IMG/VR virus record: IMGVR_UViG_2609460227_000001
Location: 23,482 to 87,481 of that record
From: a virus
Lineage: Duplodnaviria > Caudoviricetes
Length of the DNA: 64,000 nucleotides
Direction: 5' to 3' (one strand)
The notes beneath the pieces were generated by a model. It was not told the DNA's origin and searched no databases. It worked only from the letters and a program-made list of their open reading frames with translations. Position 1 is the stretch's first letter. Each line of letters begins with the position of its first letter. Both the position numbers and the translations under genes were made by a program. Below, piece by piece: positions 18,405-29,146 of this stretch.

Positions 18405-18651
18405 ATGTTACATAACCATTATTCAGCGATTCGCTTCCAGGCAGCACCAGAGACAGTAAATGTAGACATTGATGCCCTAGCTTGAGTGTGTCGCGTCAGA
18501 CATCAAAGAGTGGTTAGAAGACCATAGCAGCAAGCAGGACGAAGCCCGCGCCGCAGTGATGGCGATGCGCTCCGATTGGGGGTTCACCCCATTCAGTATG
18601 GCCAAGTATTTTGGTGTCCCTATGGTTGAGTTAATGGAGATCTTACGATGA
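18405..18651 (+). CDS. Small HTH-like protein (apparent indel)
   Basis: C-terminal FTPFSMAKYFGVPMVELMEIL; RBS-like gagag. Confidence 0.35.
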
Positions 18652-18887
18652 CAGATGCAATGGTTAATCCGGCTGACATTCAAGAGCTAGAACGTCAGTT
18701 AGATGGATTGAAACGGGCCCATCGGGCGATGTTGAAGTTTACCGCCGCCGATATACAGGCCGCTTATATGCAGTCACATCAAGGGCGCAGATCTCACAAA
18801 GAGACTGCAGCCATGTTGGGATGTCGAACAACAGACATTAAGAACATGATCGCCGCCCAGCTATTTATATACGACGGCCACCTTTAA
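18648..18887 (+). CDS. Small HTH-like protein
   Basis: SHKETAAMLGCRTTDIKN. Confidence 0.5.
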   Translation: MTDAMVNPADIQELERQLDGLKRAHRAMLKFTAADIQAAYMQSHQGRRSHKETAAMLGCRTTDIKNMIAAQLFIYDGHL

Positions 18888-18933
18888 TTAATCAGCACCG
18901 TTACACTGTCACGTAAACCAAGAGGATCCCGAT

Positions 18934-19296
18934 ATGTCATTCAGTGAGAAGCTACGCGCCCAACGAGAAAACCATAAGATGTCACAAGTACAGATGGCTA
19001 GAGAAATGGGTGTTGCCCGCCAGACGTATATTGATTTGGAAAATGGAAAAACAGAGCCGCGCCTTTCGGCTATCGAGAAAATCTGCACCATCTTTAATTT
19101 GAAACCTTGTTATTGGTTTGGCGGTACCGAAGAAAGTAAGAATCTGAGAGAAATGCCAAACGACCTATTGCTAATGGAATTACACCGTCGATTGGCTGGC
19201 CAGCGTGAATTACCAGAACTGACTAATTATGCACGCTTAAATATGGGCATGACGCAAACAAGCCAAAACCAAGCAAGAATCAATAACTTACAGTAA
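18934..19296 (+). CDS. XRE/Cro-family HTH transcriptional regulator
   Basis: LRAQRENHKMSQVQMAREMGVARQTYIDLENGKTEP. Confidence 0.88.
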   Translation: MSFSEKLRAQRENHKMSQVQMAREMGVARQTYIDLENGKTEPRLSAIEKICTIFNLKPCYWFGGTEESKNLREMPNDLLLMELHRRLAGQRELPELTNYARLNMGMTQTSQNQARINNLQ

Positions 19297-19419
19297 AAAC
19301 CCGCCGTAAACCGAGTATCGCTAGTGTTATGTTTGAGCAAAGATAACACTAGCGGTGTTCCCTCTTTAAATTACCCAAGTTCGCAGGGTAATTGTGCAGC
19401 CGATTTAAAGGATATAACC

Positions 19420-19803
19420 ATGGAAAAGAAACATCCTATCCAGCCGTTAATTACGGGCGACGATGGCGTTGTTCGATTTCAATCAAACCAGATCGTTAAG
19501 TTCTTATTGGAGAAAGGCGGCTTCAATCTCAATGACCTTGATTGCATTGACTTCCCCAAAGCCGATAGAGAGCAGTTTGCGCAGCTAATCGGTTATAGCT
19601 TGTCTGCGTATGGCGGCCTGGCATGTGTTAGCCGTGAATCTTATGACGCCGCCGAAAGCATGTTCAGCAATCCAGAGCAACAGGAACTAGAAGCAAGATA
19701 TAACGCCGTTTGCCAACAACTCGATGAGGTAAGGCGACATCTACGTTCGGCGGCTTCTGTAGCTTTTAATATCCATCCTGACAACTTGAGTTCTGACGAG
19801 TAA
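19420..19803 (+). CDS. Conserved phage hypothetical protein
   Basis: HPIQPL..DDGVVRF..NQIV..DREQFAQLIGYSLS; AAGGA RBS. Confidence 0.6.
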   Translation: MEKKHPIQPLITGDDGVVRFQSNQIVKFLLEKGGFNLNDLDCIDFPKADREQFAQLIGYSLSAYGGLACVSRESYDAAESMFSNPEQQELEARYNAVCQQLDEVRRHLRSAASVAFNIHPDNLSSDE

Positions 19804-19807
19804 GCAA

Positions 19808-20017
19808 ATGATTAATACAAAGGGCGTCCGGTTCCAAAAGCGCAAGCGCCTATTGCCGGGTGTATGGCTCAATTTCTCCAAAACTGGCGTATCCGTGACG
19901 ATTGGCGGCTCGCTGCTGTCATTCAATATTAGCCGTCGTGGCGTCTTCCTAAATTCCAGCCTTAAGGGCACGGGCCTGTCATACAGGAAGCAAATCAAAG
20001 GTAATAAAAAGCGTTAA
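19808..20017 (+). CDS. DUF4236-like protein
   Basis: RFQKRKRLLPGVWLNFSKTGVSVTIG..GTGLSYRK. Confidence 0.8.
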   Translation: MINTKGVRFQKRKRLLPGVWLNFSKTGVSVTIGGSLLSFNISRRGVFLNSSLKGTGLSYRKQIKGNKKR

Positions 20018-20313
20018 CGTTCGCTGGTGGACGGTGACAGATTGATCAAGGGGGCCGCATGGCTCCCTTTGTTTTATGTCTAATTGATCAGATTATGATC
20101 GTACACAACACATTGAGTAAATCATTGTTGAATAGACAACAAAATGGGTATAACTTTCCTAACAAGTTTTGATGAGTGTCTGTTAAGGCATAAAAAAAGC
20201 GGCCACAATGGGCCGCCTAAAGACTTAATAGATTATTCACAGGAAACGATAAATCGTGTCGAACCTGACTATATTCTTTCCTAACAACTAATTCAACTTA
20301 AGAGAAAAGATTA

Positions 20314-20883
20314 ATGGAAGTATTGAAGCCTGAATATCTGCCATTCGTACAGAATAACCGTTTTATAACCCTATTCAGCCACCCGTTTTGCATCTTGCCG
20401 CTGTCCGGTCCTGACTCGGTTTTCGAGCAAAACGAGAGGAACAAACTAATTAACAGCGTGATTGAGAGCCGCCGCATCAACACTGACAAGTTGATCAGCG
20501 AAGGCAATCAGATCGTGGCGCTTAAGTTCGTAGAGCGCCCATTCCGCTTAACCATGGCAATCAAGTTTGCACACCAAATGCCAGCACTTGAGTCCTGGAA
20601 GATGTTTTCCTGGCTGTTTGATCATGCCGATGCCAACACCTTTGCTGCGACTGACCAATGGGAGGCTATTTTCCGCCGCCCTGGCAATCCATCGCTGAGA
20701 ACTAAGGCATTCCAAGCACTGCCGAACGTGGTAAACGTATATCGCATGCCTACCTTCCCTTTCTGCGTTTACAGCCTAAATCCTGATGATGGCGTGCTAG
20801 TTGGTACCGCAGAGACAACAGACATCGCCCACCATGGCAAAACTCGCGTCTGGATCAGTCCATGCCACATCCACCAGCAATAA
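20314..20883 (+). CDS. Hypothetical protein
   Basis: 189-aa ORF after operator-rich intergenic region. Confidence 0.55.
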   Translation: MEVLKPEYLPFVQNNRFITLFSHPFCILPLSGPDSVFEQNERNKLINSVIESRRINTDKLISEGNQIVALKFVERPFRLTMAIKFAHQMPALESWKMFSWLFDHADANTFAATDQWEAIFRRPGNPSLRTKAFQALPNVVNVYRMPTFPFCVYSLNPDDGVLVGTAETTDIAHHGKTRVWISPCHIHQQ

Positions 20884-21197
20884 GAAAAACTTGGTTGATT
20901 GATGGCCTCAAATACACGATGAGCGCCATCAATCCAGACGGCAATCCATTGGTTAACGTCGAAGTATCCGTGCCGTACAAAGAGATACAGTCTGTCTCTA
21001 TGACATTCCCTACCAAGACGTACCAAGGCGCAATTAAGTTTGTAGAAAACGCGGGCGAAGCTGAATTTATCAGAGCTAAAGAAAAGCTCGATACCGTAAG
21101 CGACGACGTTCGCAAGATTAGAGAGCAACTGGCCAATGGCCAAAAGGCGAAACAAGATAAGTTCGCTGCGCTGTTAAAAGGTAAGAAGTACAAATGA
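20862..21197 (+). CDS. Hypothetical protein
   Basis: 111-aa ORF coupled to neighbours. Confidence 0.55.
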   Translation: MPHPPAIRKTWLIDGLKYTMSAINPDGNPLVNVEVSVPYKEIQSVSMTFPTKTYQGAIKFVENAGEAEFIRAKEKLDTVSDDVRKIREQLANGQKAKQDKFAALLKGKKYK

Positions 21198-21720
21198 ACC
21201 TGAAAGACTTAATTCTCCTGCTACTTAGTGAAACACCGGCGACGGGATACCAACTGCAGAAGGCGATCAAAATGGTCCCTCGCCTATGGACGCGTCCCAC
21301 CAACAGGTTTACAAGTTGTGTAAAGGCATGCGCAAAGAAGGCCTTGTGAACTACGAGCCGATCACACAGGTAGACCGACCAGACTGCAAGATGTACAGAC
21401 TCACCAATGCAGGTATGGCCGCCGTTGAAGCGTTACAGTGTGGCGACCACCTAACAGCCGGTGAAAACAAATATCATGGCGCTGATACGGTAATGCTGTT
21501 TGCCGGTAACAAGGCCTATTTCATAAGTGCGATTGATAAAGTCGAGCGGCAATTGGCAGAAGAACGCGAGGAAGAACGTCGCGTAGTCTGCGAATTGGAA
21601 CGCATGCTAATTCATCGCACCATGCTCCTGAATGAATCCCGCCTGGAATGGTACAAGATGGCCATCGACATGATTGAGAGCGACAAACGCCCAACAATGA
21701 TGGATAAGCTGGAATTATGA
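21194..21720 (+). CDS. AphA-like PadR family transcriptional regulator (indel near 21292)
   Basis: MNLKDLILLLLSETPATGYQL..W(T)ASHQQVY..GLV..DRPDCKMYRLTNAG versus Vibrio AphA ATGYDI..WKASHQQVY..KPDRKVYSITQAG. Confidence 0.8.
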
Positions 21721-22163
21721 TCCCTAAAGCGCAACTGCTGCTGGTGGTTTCGTTAATGGAGGCGATGCCATTGGACGGCACGCATTACAAATATCACCAT
21801 GCCATTACCTATTGCCCTAACGATGAGTGTTACTACGGGTATTTTGACCAGGCAACATTAAACCGACTGCAGGCCGTTGGCGTGATCACCATCCTTGGCC
21901 AACACGATGACGATATGCAGTGCATCAAGCTCATTGAGCGCGATGATTTCCTTGCCAGCTTTGCGGCCGGTGTAAGTGAGGCCCGTAACGGTTCCGACCT
22001 TCACTATGCTGACTACAACTCCAATCAATACGCTTTTACGGCTGGCTACCAGCACTACCAGAACCGAAACAAGAAGAAACGAGCAACGGCATACAGCCTC
22101 GATGGCGAGAATGTTTGTCATGGCTTTGTTTTGGAAGACACCGGCGAGGTATGGAAGCAATGA
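21717..22163 (+). CDS. Hypothetical protein
   Basis: 148-aa ORF, ATGA coupling. Confidence 0.55.
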   Translation: MIPKAQLLLVVSLMEAMPLDGTHYKYHHAITYCPNDECYYGYFDQATLNRLQAVGVITILGQHDDDMQCIKLIERDDFLASFAAGVSEARNGSDLHYADYNSNQYAFTAGYQHYQNRNKKKRATAYSLDGENVCHGFVLEDTGEVWKQ

Positions 22164-22390
22164 ATCAACACTATTATGACCAGTTGGCCAAGCTACACGG
22201 GAAAACGCGCAAAGTACGATTTGATGTAGGTAGCGATGTTTGCCTCTTTTACGCAGAACGCATGCAAGATGGCCACTATGTATTTCTCGGCGATGAGACT
22301 TACAAGGTGATCGATTACTGGGTAACACCAGACAAACACCAGGTTGAATACACCCTACGTGCCGTGTTTAATAACGCCAGATACCATTAA
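22160..22390 (+). CDS. Hypothetical protein
   Basis: ATGA coupling, 76 aa. Confidence 0.5.
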   Translation: MNQHYYDQLAKLHGKTRKVRFDVGSDVCLFYAERMQDGHYVFLGDETYKVIDYWVTPDKHQVEYTLRAVFNNARYH

Positions 22391-22404
22391 GTGACGACAT
22401 AACA

Positions 22405-22820
22405 ATGACTAAACCAACAGAAAAACAGCTAAACGATATGGCCCTTGCCGCCGCCCTTAAATCTCAAGACACGCAACGTGCACTGCAGGCCGCATTCATT
22501 GAACATATGGAAAGTGTGTACCAGAACAACGCCGAAATCTCCCGTCTACAGGGCGAAGATGAAATGCAGCACATTGCGATCAGTGCGAGCCTTTCATTGA
22601 GTACAGCATTAGAAATGGCTTGTATGAAGATGCAGGAGAAAGCCTATCGGTTAATGCAAACCTACTGGCGGCTATCGTTGGGATGTCGTTTGACTCAGTG
22701 ATGGACGTTTCATTTAACAAAGAATGTGATTGTGAGACTGTCTACTGCGAACATCGTCCAGATGTTTCCGAGGTACTAGAGGCATCAATCAATGATCATT
22801 CAAATCTGAGTGTTCACTAA
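22405..22820 (+). CDS. Hypothetical protein (probably one gene split by an indel)
   Basis: Overlapping ORFs 22405-22701 and 22620-22820. Confidence 0.4.
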
Positions 22821-23119
22821 TGCGCGATGTAACTATTTCAGGAATTGACGGGACCGTTATCATCAATGGCCATCGATACCATGGCAAGACGATAGTCTTT
22901 GATGGCGATACGCTGGAAATGGACGGGAACAAGGTTGCTGGGTACGAGGCCAAGACAATCAATATCTCAATATCTGGTGACGTAACCAGGCTGGAAACCG
23001 TGAATGGTAATGTGACATGCCGGGACGCCGACATAGTGAAAACGGTGAATGGTCATGTAACGGCCCATAGAATCAATGGCAGTGCCAAAACCGTTAACGG
23101 CAACATTCAAGGCCTGTAA
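22820..23119 (+). CDS. Small beta-repeat protein (TVNG repeats)
   Basis: ETVNGNV / KTVNGHV / KTVNGNI repeats. Confidence 0.6.
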   Translation: MRDVTISGIDGTVIINGHRYHGKTIVFDGDTLEMDGNKVAGYEAKTINISISGDVTRLETVNGNVTCRDADIVKTVNGHVTAHRINGSAKTVNGNIQGL

Positions 23120-23127
23120 TTCAGGCA

Positions 23128-23156
23128 CAAAAAAAGCCCCTAGTTGGGGCTTATTT
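23128..23156. terminator. Bidirectional terminator-like hairpin
   Basis: A-run-gcccc-tagtt-ggggc-ttattt. Confidence 0.6.
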
Positions 23157-23270
23157 CGTCCAGTTGTGTATCCATAGTCAAGTGAGCTAAAAATGACGGT
23201 CACACAACCAGATTCCTAACAACTCAATGCGAGTATGCGATGATCTTATGTGTAAAATTGGACGATGTAA

Positions 23271-23978
23271 ATGCCACTCACTGCAGAGCAAAAGAGACAA
23301 CGAGCGTTTGAGCGTGCTAAAGCCACACAAGAACGCGCCAGGGCAAAGGCGCGGGCCAAATTAAACGACCCGACTGAAAAAGAAAAAAGACTTCAAAAAC
23401 AAAGAAATGCAGCAGAAAGGATGCGCAGCAAGCAGGTAGCAAGACTGCAGGATCCAGAATATCGAGCCGCCCAACTCGAACGCGCAAAAAATAAACAAAT
23501 AACCAAGCAAAAAACCACCAGCACCCGCCAAAAACCATTAAAAACCAAAACAAAAGCCACCAGCAAAGGGTTAAAAGGACGGGCCCCAACAGCAGCAGAG
23601 CGTGAAGTGATGGATAGCATTGGTAAATTGCCGTGTGTGTGCTGTCTATTGAAAGGAAGATTCACCCCGCTTATCTCGCTACACCATATGGACGGCCGCA
23701 CAAAACCTTATGCCCATATGATGACGTTACCATTGTGTGCCTATCACCACGATACGCCTGCAGATAAATCGACGATTGAGGAATACCCCGACCTCATCCC
23801 ATACCACGCCCGAGGCCTTGCTGGTGGCAAGAAAGCATGGAGCGAACAGAACGGCGACGGGTTTGTATTGTTGGCCATGATTTACCAGGCAATCGGCTTT
23901 AACGCCCCGTTTGTATTGCCAGACATCCCTAATGATTGTTTGCCTGGTATAGATTTAATTCGCAATACATCATCCTAA
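23271..23978 (+). CDS. ref: Recombination enhancement nuclease Ref (RecA-dependent HNH)
   Basis: GLKGRAPTAAE..LPCVCC..SLHHMDGRT..LPLCAYHH..GGKK matches P1 Ref; basic N-terminal extension. Confidence 0.92.
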   Translation: MPLTAEQKRQRAFERAKATQERARAKARAKLNDPTEKEKRLQKQRNAAERMRSKQVARLQDPEYRAAQLERAKNKQITKQKTTSTRQKPLKTKTKATSKGLKGRAPTAAEREVMDSIGKLPCVCCLLKGRFTPLISLHHMDGRTKPYAHMMTLPLCAYHHDTPADKSTIEEYPDLIPYHARGLAGGKKAWSEQNGDGFVLLAMIYQAIGFNAPFVLPDIPNDCLPGIDLIRNTSS

Positions 23979-24047
23979 CGGTTTTTTTAGATAATATTTA
24001 GCGGGTAAAATGACCTCCCACCCCCGCGCTATCAAAGGAGTAATCCT

Positions 24048-24611
24048 ATGGATAAGCGCATATACGCCCTATCGCTATCTAGTCGGCCTATGGAATTGCT
24101 GGCCGGTTACAAAGACGGGACGCTGCACGTCATTGACTGCAAGCCACTTCCACAAAACCTGGAAGCACTGAAAAAGTCACTCCCTAAATCGATGGCCAAG
24201 CACAAGAAAAAAGGCTTTGTTGTGCTGGTGGACGAAGTTATTCCCGTGTTCGCCAAGTACGGCCGTAGTTGCCGCCTGGGCCAAGCCGGTGCCGATGGCC
24301 GCCCGGTACTAATCACCGCGTTGGAAGCCTACCGAAATATGAGCCGGTTGCAGGCGATCTCCTTCCCACCAGGGAAAAGCGGCTTTTTTGATATTTCTGA
24401 ATCCGTGGTTGAAGAACAACGGGACGCTGGTGGCCGTGTCACCTATCACATTGACTGGGCCGAATTGCGACCAGAAGCAACACTGCTACTCATGGCCGTA
24501 TATGGCGCGGTGGCCGACTCAATGCTTGATACAGGGACCATTAAACACCTATTCAACCTCATTGGCGGCAACAAGAAAGAAAGCGAAAGCACCCAGCCTT
24601 TAAAGCCGTGA
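24048..24611 (+). CDS. mat: Particle maturation protein Mat (C-terminus may extend via indel)
   Basis: Follows ref as in P1; MDKRIY, GFVVLVDE, YHIDW. Confidence 0.65.
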   Translation: MDKRIYALSLSSRPMELLAGYKDGTLHVIDCKPLPQNLEALKKSLPKSMAKHKKKGFVVLVDEVIPVFAKYGRSCRLGQAGADGRPVLITALEAYRNMSRLQAISFPPGKSGFFDISESVVEEQRDAGGRVTYHIDWAELRPEATLLLMAVYGAVADSMLDTGTIKHLFNLIGGNKKESESTQPLKP

Positions 24612-24708
24612 CAGTGGGTTATGACCAGGCATTTTTAGGCGCACCAACGCCACCAAATGACGGGCTTTTATTCCTTGGTGATACCGGCATGGTGAAGGTG
24701 AAACGAGT

Positions 24709-25026
24709 ATGAGTACCTTGCACCGCTTATCGGATATGAATATCCCCGATGACCTTCTGCGTGCCGACTTCTACGCGATTGTGATTAAGCACATCAAAGA
24801 CCCGAGCAGCGACGTTGTTACCAGGAGCATTCGCCCGGATGAGCAATACCGCCCGGATCTTGTCTCATACCGCCTATACAGCACCGTAGAACTGCGATGG
24901 CTTGTTAGCCTTGTCTGTGATGTCGAGGATGAATCTGAGCCATTACCGGTAGGCGAAACATACCGATTCCCTACGTCCTCCTGGCTACGACGTGAAATGC
25001 GCCGATTCATTAACGAGTTTTGCTGA
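24709..25026 (+). CDS. Baseplate protein, P1 gp26-like (T4 gp53/LysM-like)
   Basis: EQYRPDLVSYRLY..ELRWLV. Confidence 0.75.
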   Translation: MSTLHRLSDMNIPDDLLRADFYAIVIKHIKDPSSDVVTRSIRPDEQYRPDLVSYRLYSTVELRWLVSLVCDVEDESEPLPVGETYRFPTSSWLRREMRRFINEFC

Positions 25027-26203
25027 TGCCACCGAAGAAATTAGAGGTATCCAAAAACGATAGCGGCCGGTACCTGACTAGCGGATTGAACGAAAAGCAA
25101 TTCATGCAAGCGTTCGACATGATCCGTAAGCAGCAGACAGGGAACAGACGAAGCGCCAAACGGACATTAACGCCAGCACAACTCCGGGCCAAGAAAGCCT
25201 CGGACATGGCCAAGCTGGGGGAAAAGTCCAAAGGTGTGCCGTTTACCGTCGATGACCTGCGCGAGTTTGAGCAGAACCGCAATCAACATAAGACCAAATT
25301 CTCAAGTAAGACGGCAGGCATTACTTACGCGCAGCTAGTGGCGGGATCCCGTGAGATAGACATCAAACGTGCCAATAACCAGGTACAAGATGGATCCGGT
25401 ATTACCAGGGCATCGCTATCCGGGATCAAATCAAACATGGTTGTGGTCCGGGTAAAGGCATCAATGAAATCGGTCCACGAAGAACACATGGTCCGGATTC
25501 GCCTGGAAGAATTTGATGACCTGATACACGAACCGCCTGGCGATAACTTTTCCCTGGCAGCCAAACAGGCATGTAAGGCCGTATCTCTATCGACTGTGAT
25601 TGTGGCCGGCACCAGTATTGGTATCGATACCAGGCGACGGTAGGTAATTACTGTGTGGCCCCGCCTAAAGAGTTCAGCTACCCAAAGATACGAAACCCGC
25701 AGTTAAAGGGTGTTGCATGTAAGCACGTCTTAAAGGCCGCCGTCATGCTGCAGTCTGTAGCCTGGCAAAAGATCATTGGTAAGCAGATGGAACTGGCCGC
25801 CAACCGCGTTTCTTTCGGTGATGACCGCAAATACAGCCACGTCCTCACCAAGCAAGAAGCGAAGGCCGCCGCCAAGAACCGAAGCACCAAGATCGACCCC
25901 GAGAAGGCAAAAGCCGCGTTTCGTAACTATCAGCGTAGCCAGAAGGCCTTTGATAAGAAACTCAAACAGAACCAGAAAGAGATCGACCGCGTTCGCAAGC
26001 AGGCCAATAGGATCCGTAAGCAGTCGAACACCATCAAAAAGCAACAGCAGACCATCGACCAGATGCGCGACATGCTCAAGATGTCGTTTGCCATGTTTTC
26101 CGATGGCATCAAGGCGGCTGGTGGCACACGCGACCAGGCGATCAAACAATTTGCCCAGAAAATGAATATGAGTGAATCCAAGCTGAAAGGGGTATTGAAG
26201 TGA
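25026..26203 (+). CDS. P1 gp25-like tail protein with SWIM-type Zn finger (indel near 25580)
   Basis: Restored DCDCGRHQYWYRY...PKIRNPQLKGVACKHV; synteny gp26-25-7-24-6-5. Confidence 0.75.
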
Positions 26204-26712
26204 CAGCGACCCCAAGAGTCCGATTTAAAGGGCATTCCAAACTAAACACCGGCTTACGTAGTGACTGGATTAAGGCGATCGAGCTATCGCCGGATGCGTT
26301 CGATGCTTTGCTGTATCTGCCAGTGGTTGAAACCGTGCCAGCACAAGCCACCAGCTATTACGAGGACAGTCCTTTCTCAGAGCTGGACGCCACACAAGAA
26401 ACCTTAACCTACGCCCTACCCGAGCCGGTTGTCGTGGTGGATTGTCCCGACGAAAACGAGTCATTCATGATGATGAGCGACGGTGATGGCCAGCTTGGTG
26501 AAGGCGAACTGCCGCTAACGTTACGTATTGGGCGAGAAGTGGTACCCGAAGGCGCGATCCTTGAGTGGGTTGAGGAAGTGACCGAAACAGAAAACCGCCG
26601 CGTCTGGTGGTACGTACAACGCGCTATCGGTTATGGCACGGCTAACGTCGGCTCCCTGTATATCTGTATCCCTGCGCGTAACATTGAAGGCCTGCCAAAT
26701 GACAGTATCTAA
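26200..26712 (+). CDS. P1 gp7-like tail/neck protein
   Basis: 170 aa; DWIKAI..PDAFDALLY, WWYV..GYGT; synteny. Confidence 0.7.
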   Translation: MTATPRVRFKGHSKLNTGLRSDWIKAIELSPDAFDALLYLPVVETVPAQATSYYEDSPFSELDATQETLTYALPEPVVVVDCPDENESFMMMSDGDGQLGEGELPLTLRIGREVVPEGAILEWVEEVTETENRRVWWYVQRAIGYGTANVGSLYICIPARNIEGLPNDSI

Positions 26713-27447
26713 TCCTATTACTGAGCTGGTGGATTTTACCGTCACTCCCACCGGCATCGTTGAATACACCGACCTGACTGACATCGATATTTCCATCCAA
26801 AAGTATTTTGGCCAGATCATCGGGGCCATGGTGGTCACGGACACCAACCGGAAGCAGAACAAAGAATTTGCAGCGTTCCAACAGCGGCCATTGAATAAAA
26901 AACTCTACATTGGCCAGTTTGATGATCCGGTAAGTTTTGTCCAGGCACTAGCAGGCGCAAATGAGGACCGTAAAAACATCCTACCGGCTTGCTACATTTC
27001 CCGCGCCCTGGATGTCGTTTATACCGATGGCGACGACTATAACGACCTCACCAACTACGCGACCATTACAGACAGCACCGGTAAACCAAAAGCCACCGTG
27101 AGTAAATCATTCGTCAAACTGACCTATAGCCTTACTGCTTGTAGCTGGGAAAAAGAAACCTGTACGCGAATTGGCCTGGGCCTGTCTATGTGGATGCGCC
27201 ACCAGCGGAAGAAGCGGGATTTCTGCTTTTCCGCCAAAAGCATGATTGCCGGAACGCCCGTTGATCTGCGTGTCGAGGTGAATCAGCCAAAATTAGCACT
27301 TGTGCGGCAGCCTCAGCGCCTTACAACGATAACAAGGTCAATGCTGTGTCTATTCAGTTCGAGGCCATAGCGGAGGTTTTAGAGGCCAAGGCGGTAGATG
27401 TTGCTTTGACGCGCTTTGTCTTTGATGAGCCGGATCCATCGCTATGA
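26699..27447 (+). CDS. P1 gp24-like tail terminator/stability protein (indel near 3' end)
   Basis: About 250 aa, synteny. Confidence 0.6.
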
Positions 27448-28427
27448 GTAGACAGTATCCGTTTATCCAGAATATCTCTCTTGTTGGTGGCAAAGGCGCG
27501 ATCATGCCGGATCACGTCATGCGGGCCAGCATTATCGAGAATGGCGACCTATCCGGCACTAAATTGATGATGTCGCTAGTGGACCGTAACGCGTATTACC
27601 GCGATGACCTAAAGCTAGGGAACGGCGTTGAGATTGAAGTTACCTACGGCGACCCTGACGGCCGTGGTGATGACGTATTTATCGAAACGTTCGTGATAAG
27701 CAACGCGCCTTACATTGGCGAGCTAATCGAAATCAGTGCATTCGAGAAAAACTGCCTGCAGTTAAAACAGGTATCGAGCCGTACCCAGTTTTTCGTAGAC
27801 CAATCACCGGCCAGCATCATTCGCACGTTAGCACCAAACGTAAAGATCAACGCTGACACTTTCGATAAGCCTGGCACTTATCACCTAAACCCGGGTGCGA
27901 GCCCTTCCCGTCTTATCCGCAACATGGCGAGGGATTACGGTGCCATGGTGTTTTATAGCCGTGGGACGCTGTACTTCAAAGATATAACCAACCTGGCCAA
28001 CCAGGCACCGGTTATGACGTTTGAACACAAAAACCCGCAGGCAGCAATCAACATGGCCAAGTTGAACATCATTAACCAATCGATGATGTACCAACGCACG
28101 CTAAACCGTGAATACATGCAGTGGGATACCGTGGCCGGACTCACCAAGAGCGGTAAACCGGATAACGGCAGTGTCATGATCACGTCTGGCACTGCCGGTG
28201 CGCTCGATAACCAGAACGACGCCATTATTCCAATGATTGATTGCGAGTTGTTTGGTAACAGTTCATTCGCGCCAGGGATCGTCGTTAACGTGGTCCTACA
28301 CCTGGGCATTCCTGACAAGGTGATCGATGAAGCCGTGCCAGAGGTCCAGATCATTAACCGAGTAACACACCACCAGCTAGGAAGTCGCTATTTATGCCGC
28401 GTTGAATTAGGGGTATTGAACAAATGA
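27444..28427 (+). CDS. P1 gp6-like baseplate hub (gpD/T4 gp27-like)
   Basis: 327 aa; GDPDGRG, RGTLYFK, VTHHQ..Y.CRVELG. Confidence 0.75.
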   Translation: MSRQYPFIQNISLVGGKGAIMPDHVMRASIIENGDLSGTKLMMSLVDRNAYYRDDLKLGNGVEIEVTYGDPDGRGDDVFIETFVISNAPYIGELIEISAFEKNCLQLKQVSSRTQFFVDQSPASIIRTLAPNVKINADTFDKPGTYHLNPGASPSRLIRNMARDYGAMVFYSRGTLYFKDITNLANQAPVMTFEHKNPQAAINMAKLNIINQSMMYQRTLNREYMQWDTVAGLTKSGKPDNGSVMITSGTAGALDNQNDAIIPMIDCELFGNSSFAPGIVVNVVLHLGIPDKVIDEAVPEVQIINRVTHHQLGSRYLCRVELGVLNK

Positions 28428-29146
28428 CAGAGCAACAACAACGCCGCAGCAATACGTCTGGCCGGTTATATGGCAGTTACCCGGCTAAAGTGGAAAGCGT
28501 GGAACATCCCAAAGGCCTATTCATGGCCCAAGTTCGTCTTATGGGCCTATGGGATAGCGCCACCCTGGATACATTGCCCTGGGCCGAATTTCTCCTTCCC
28601 CTTGGTTGTAAGCCGGAAGCTGGCCAGCACATCCCTGTAGAGTTGGGCGATATTGTATGGGTGGATTTCCCGCGTTCGGGCGATACCCGGTACCCGCGCA
28701 TTACTGGCAGTTGTTACTACGCGCCAGACTACAAAAGTCATTTGCCTGCAGGCCAACCAGGTAAAGCCGCAGAAGGCGAGCCACCAGCACCGGAAATTAC
28801 ATTGAAAGATGACTTGTATAGCCGGTTCGGGATCAGCGAGTACAAGACACACACCGGCGCATGGGGCATTGTTCATGTGGCCACGGGTACCCGATTGGAG
28901 ATCAGCGAGGCGGGCATTGTGATCCATTCCGAGAAGGACAGTTTTCGTAGTTCAACCGGTAAAACGGTCGAGAAGATTGGCGGTGACTATGAGCAGTCAG
29001 TGAAAGGTGCCGTAAAGATTGCGATTGATGGTGCCGCAGAGCTATCGGCCAGCGCGATTACCTTGAAATCAGGTGGTGCGGTGAGCATCGAGGCTGGTGG
29101 AGCATTCAATGTGAAAGCGACAAAAGCCGACTTTAAGTTAGGGTAA
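28424..29146 (+). CDS. Baseplate spike gp5 (gpV/OB-fold)
   Basis: AKVESVEHPKGL..QVR..LPWAE..GDIVWVDF..GDTRYP and beta-helix C-terminus. Confidence 0.85.
   Translation: MTEQQQRRSNTSGRLYGSYPAKVESVEHPKGLFMAQVRLMGLWDSATLDTLPWAEFLLPLGCKPEAGQHIPVELGDIVWVDFPRSGDTRYPRITGSCYYAPDYKSHLPAGQPGKAAEGEPPAPEITLKDDLYSRFGISEYKTHTGAWGIVHVATGTRLEISEAGIVIHSEKDSFRSSTGKTVEKIGGDYEQSVKGAVKIAIDGAAELSASAITLKSGGAVSIEAGGAFNVKATKADFKLG

Noticed and set aside
23480-23570. A/C-rich tract in ref as a regulatory repeat
   Set aside because: Explained by the Lys/Thr/Gln-rich basic N-terminal tail typical of Ref.
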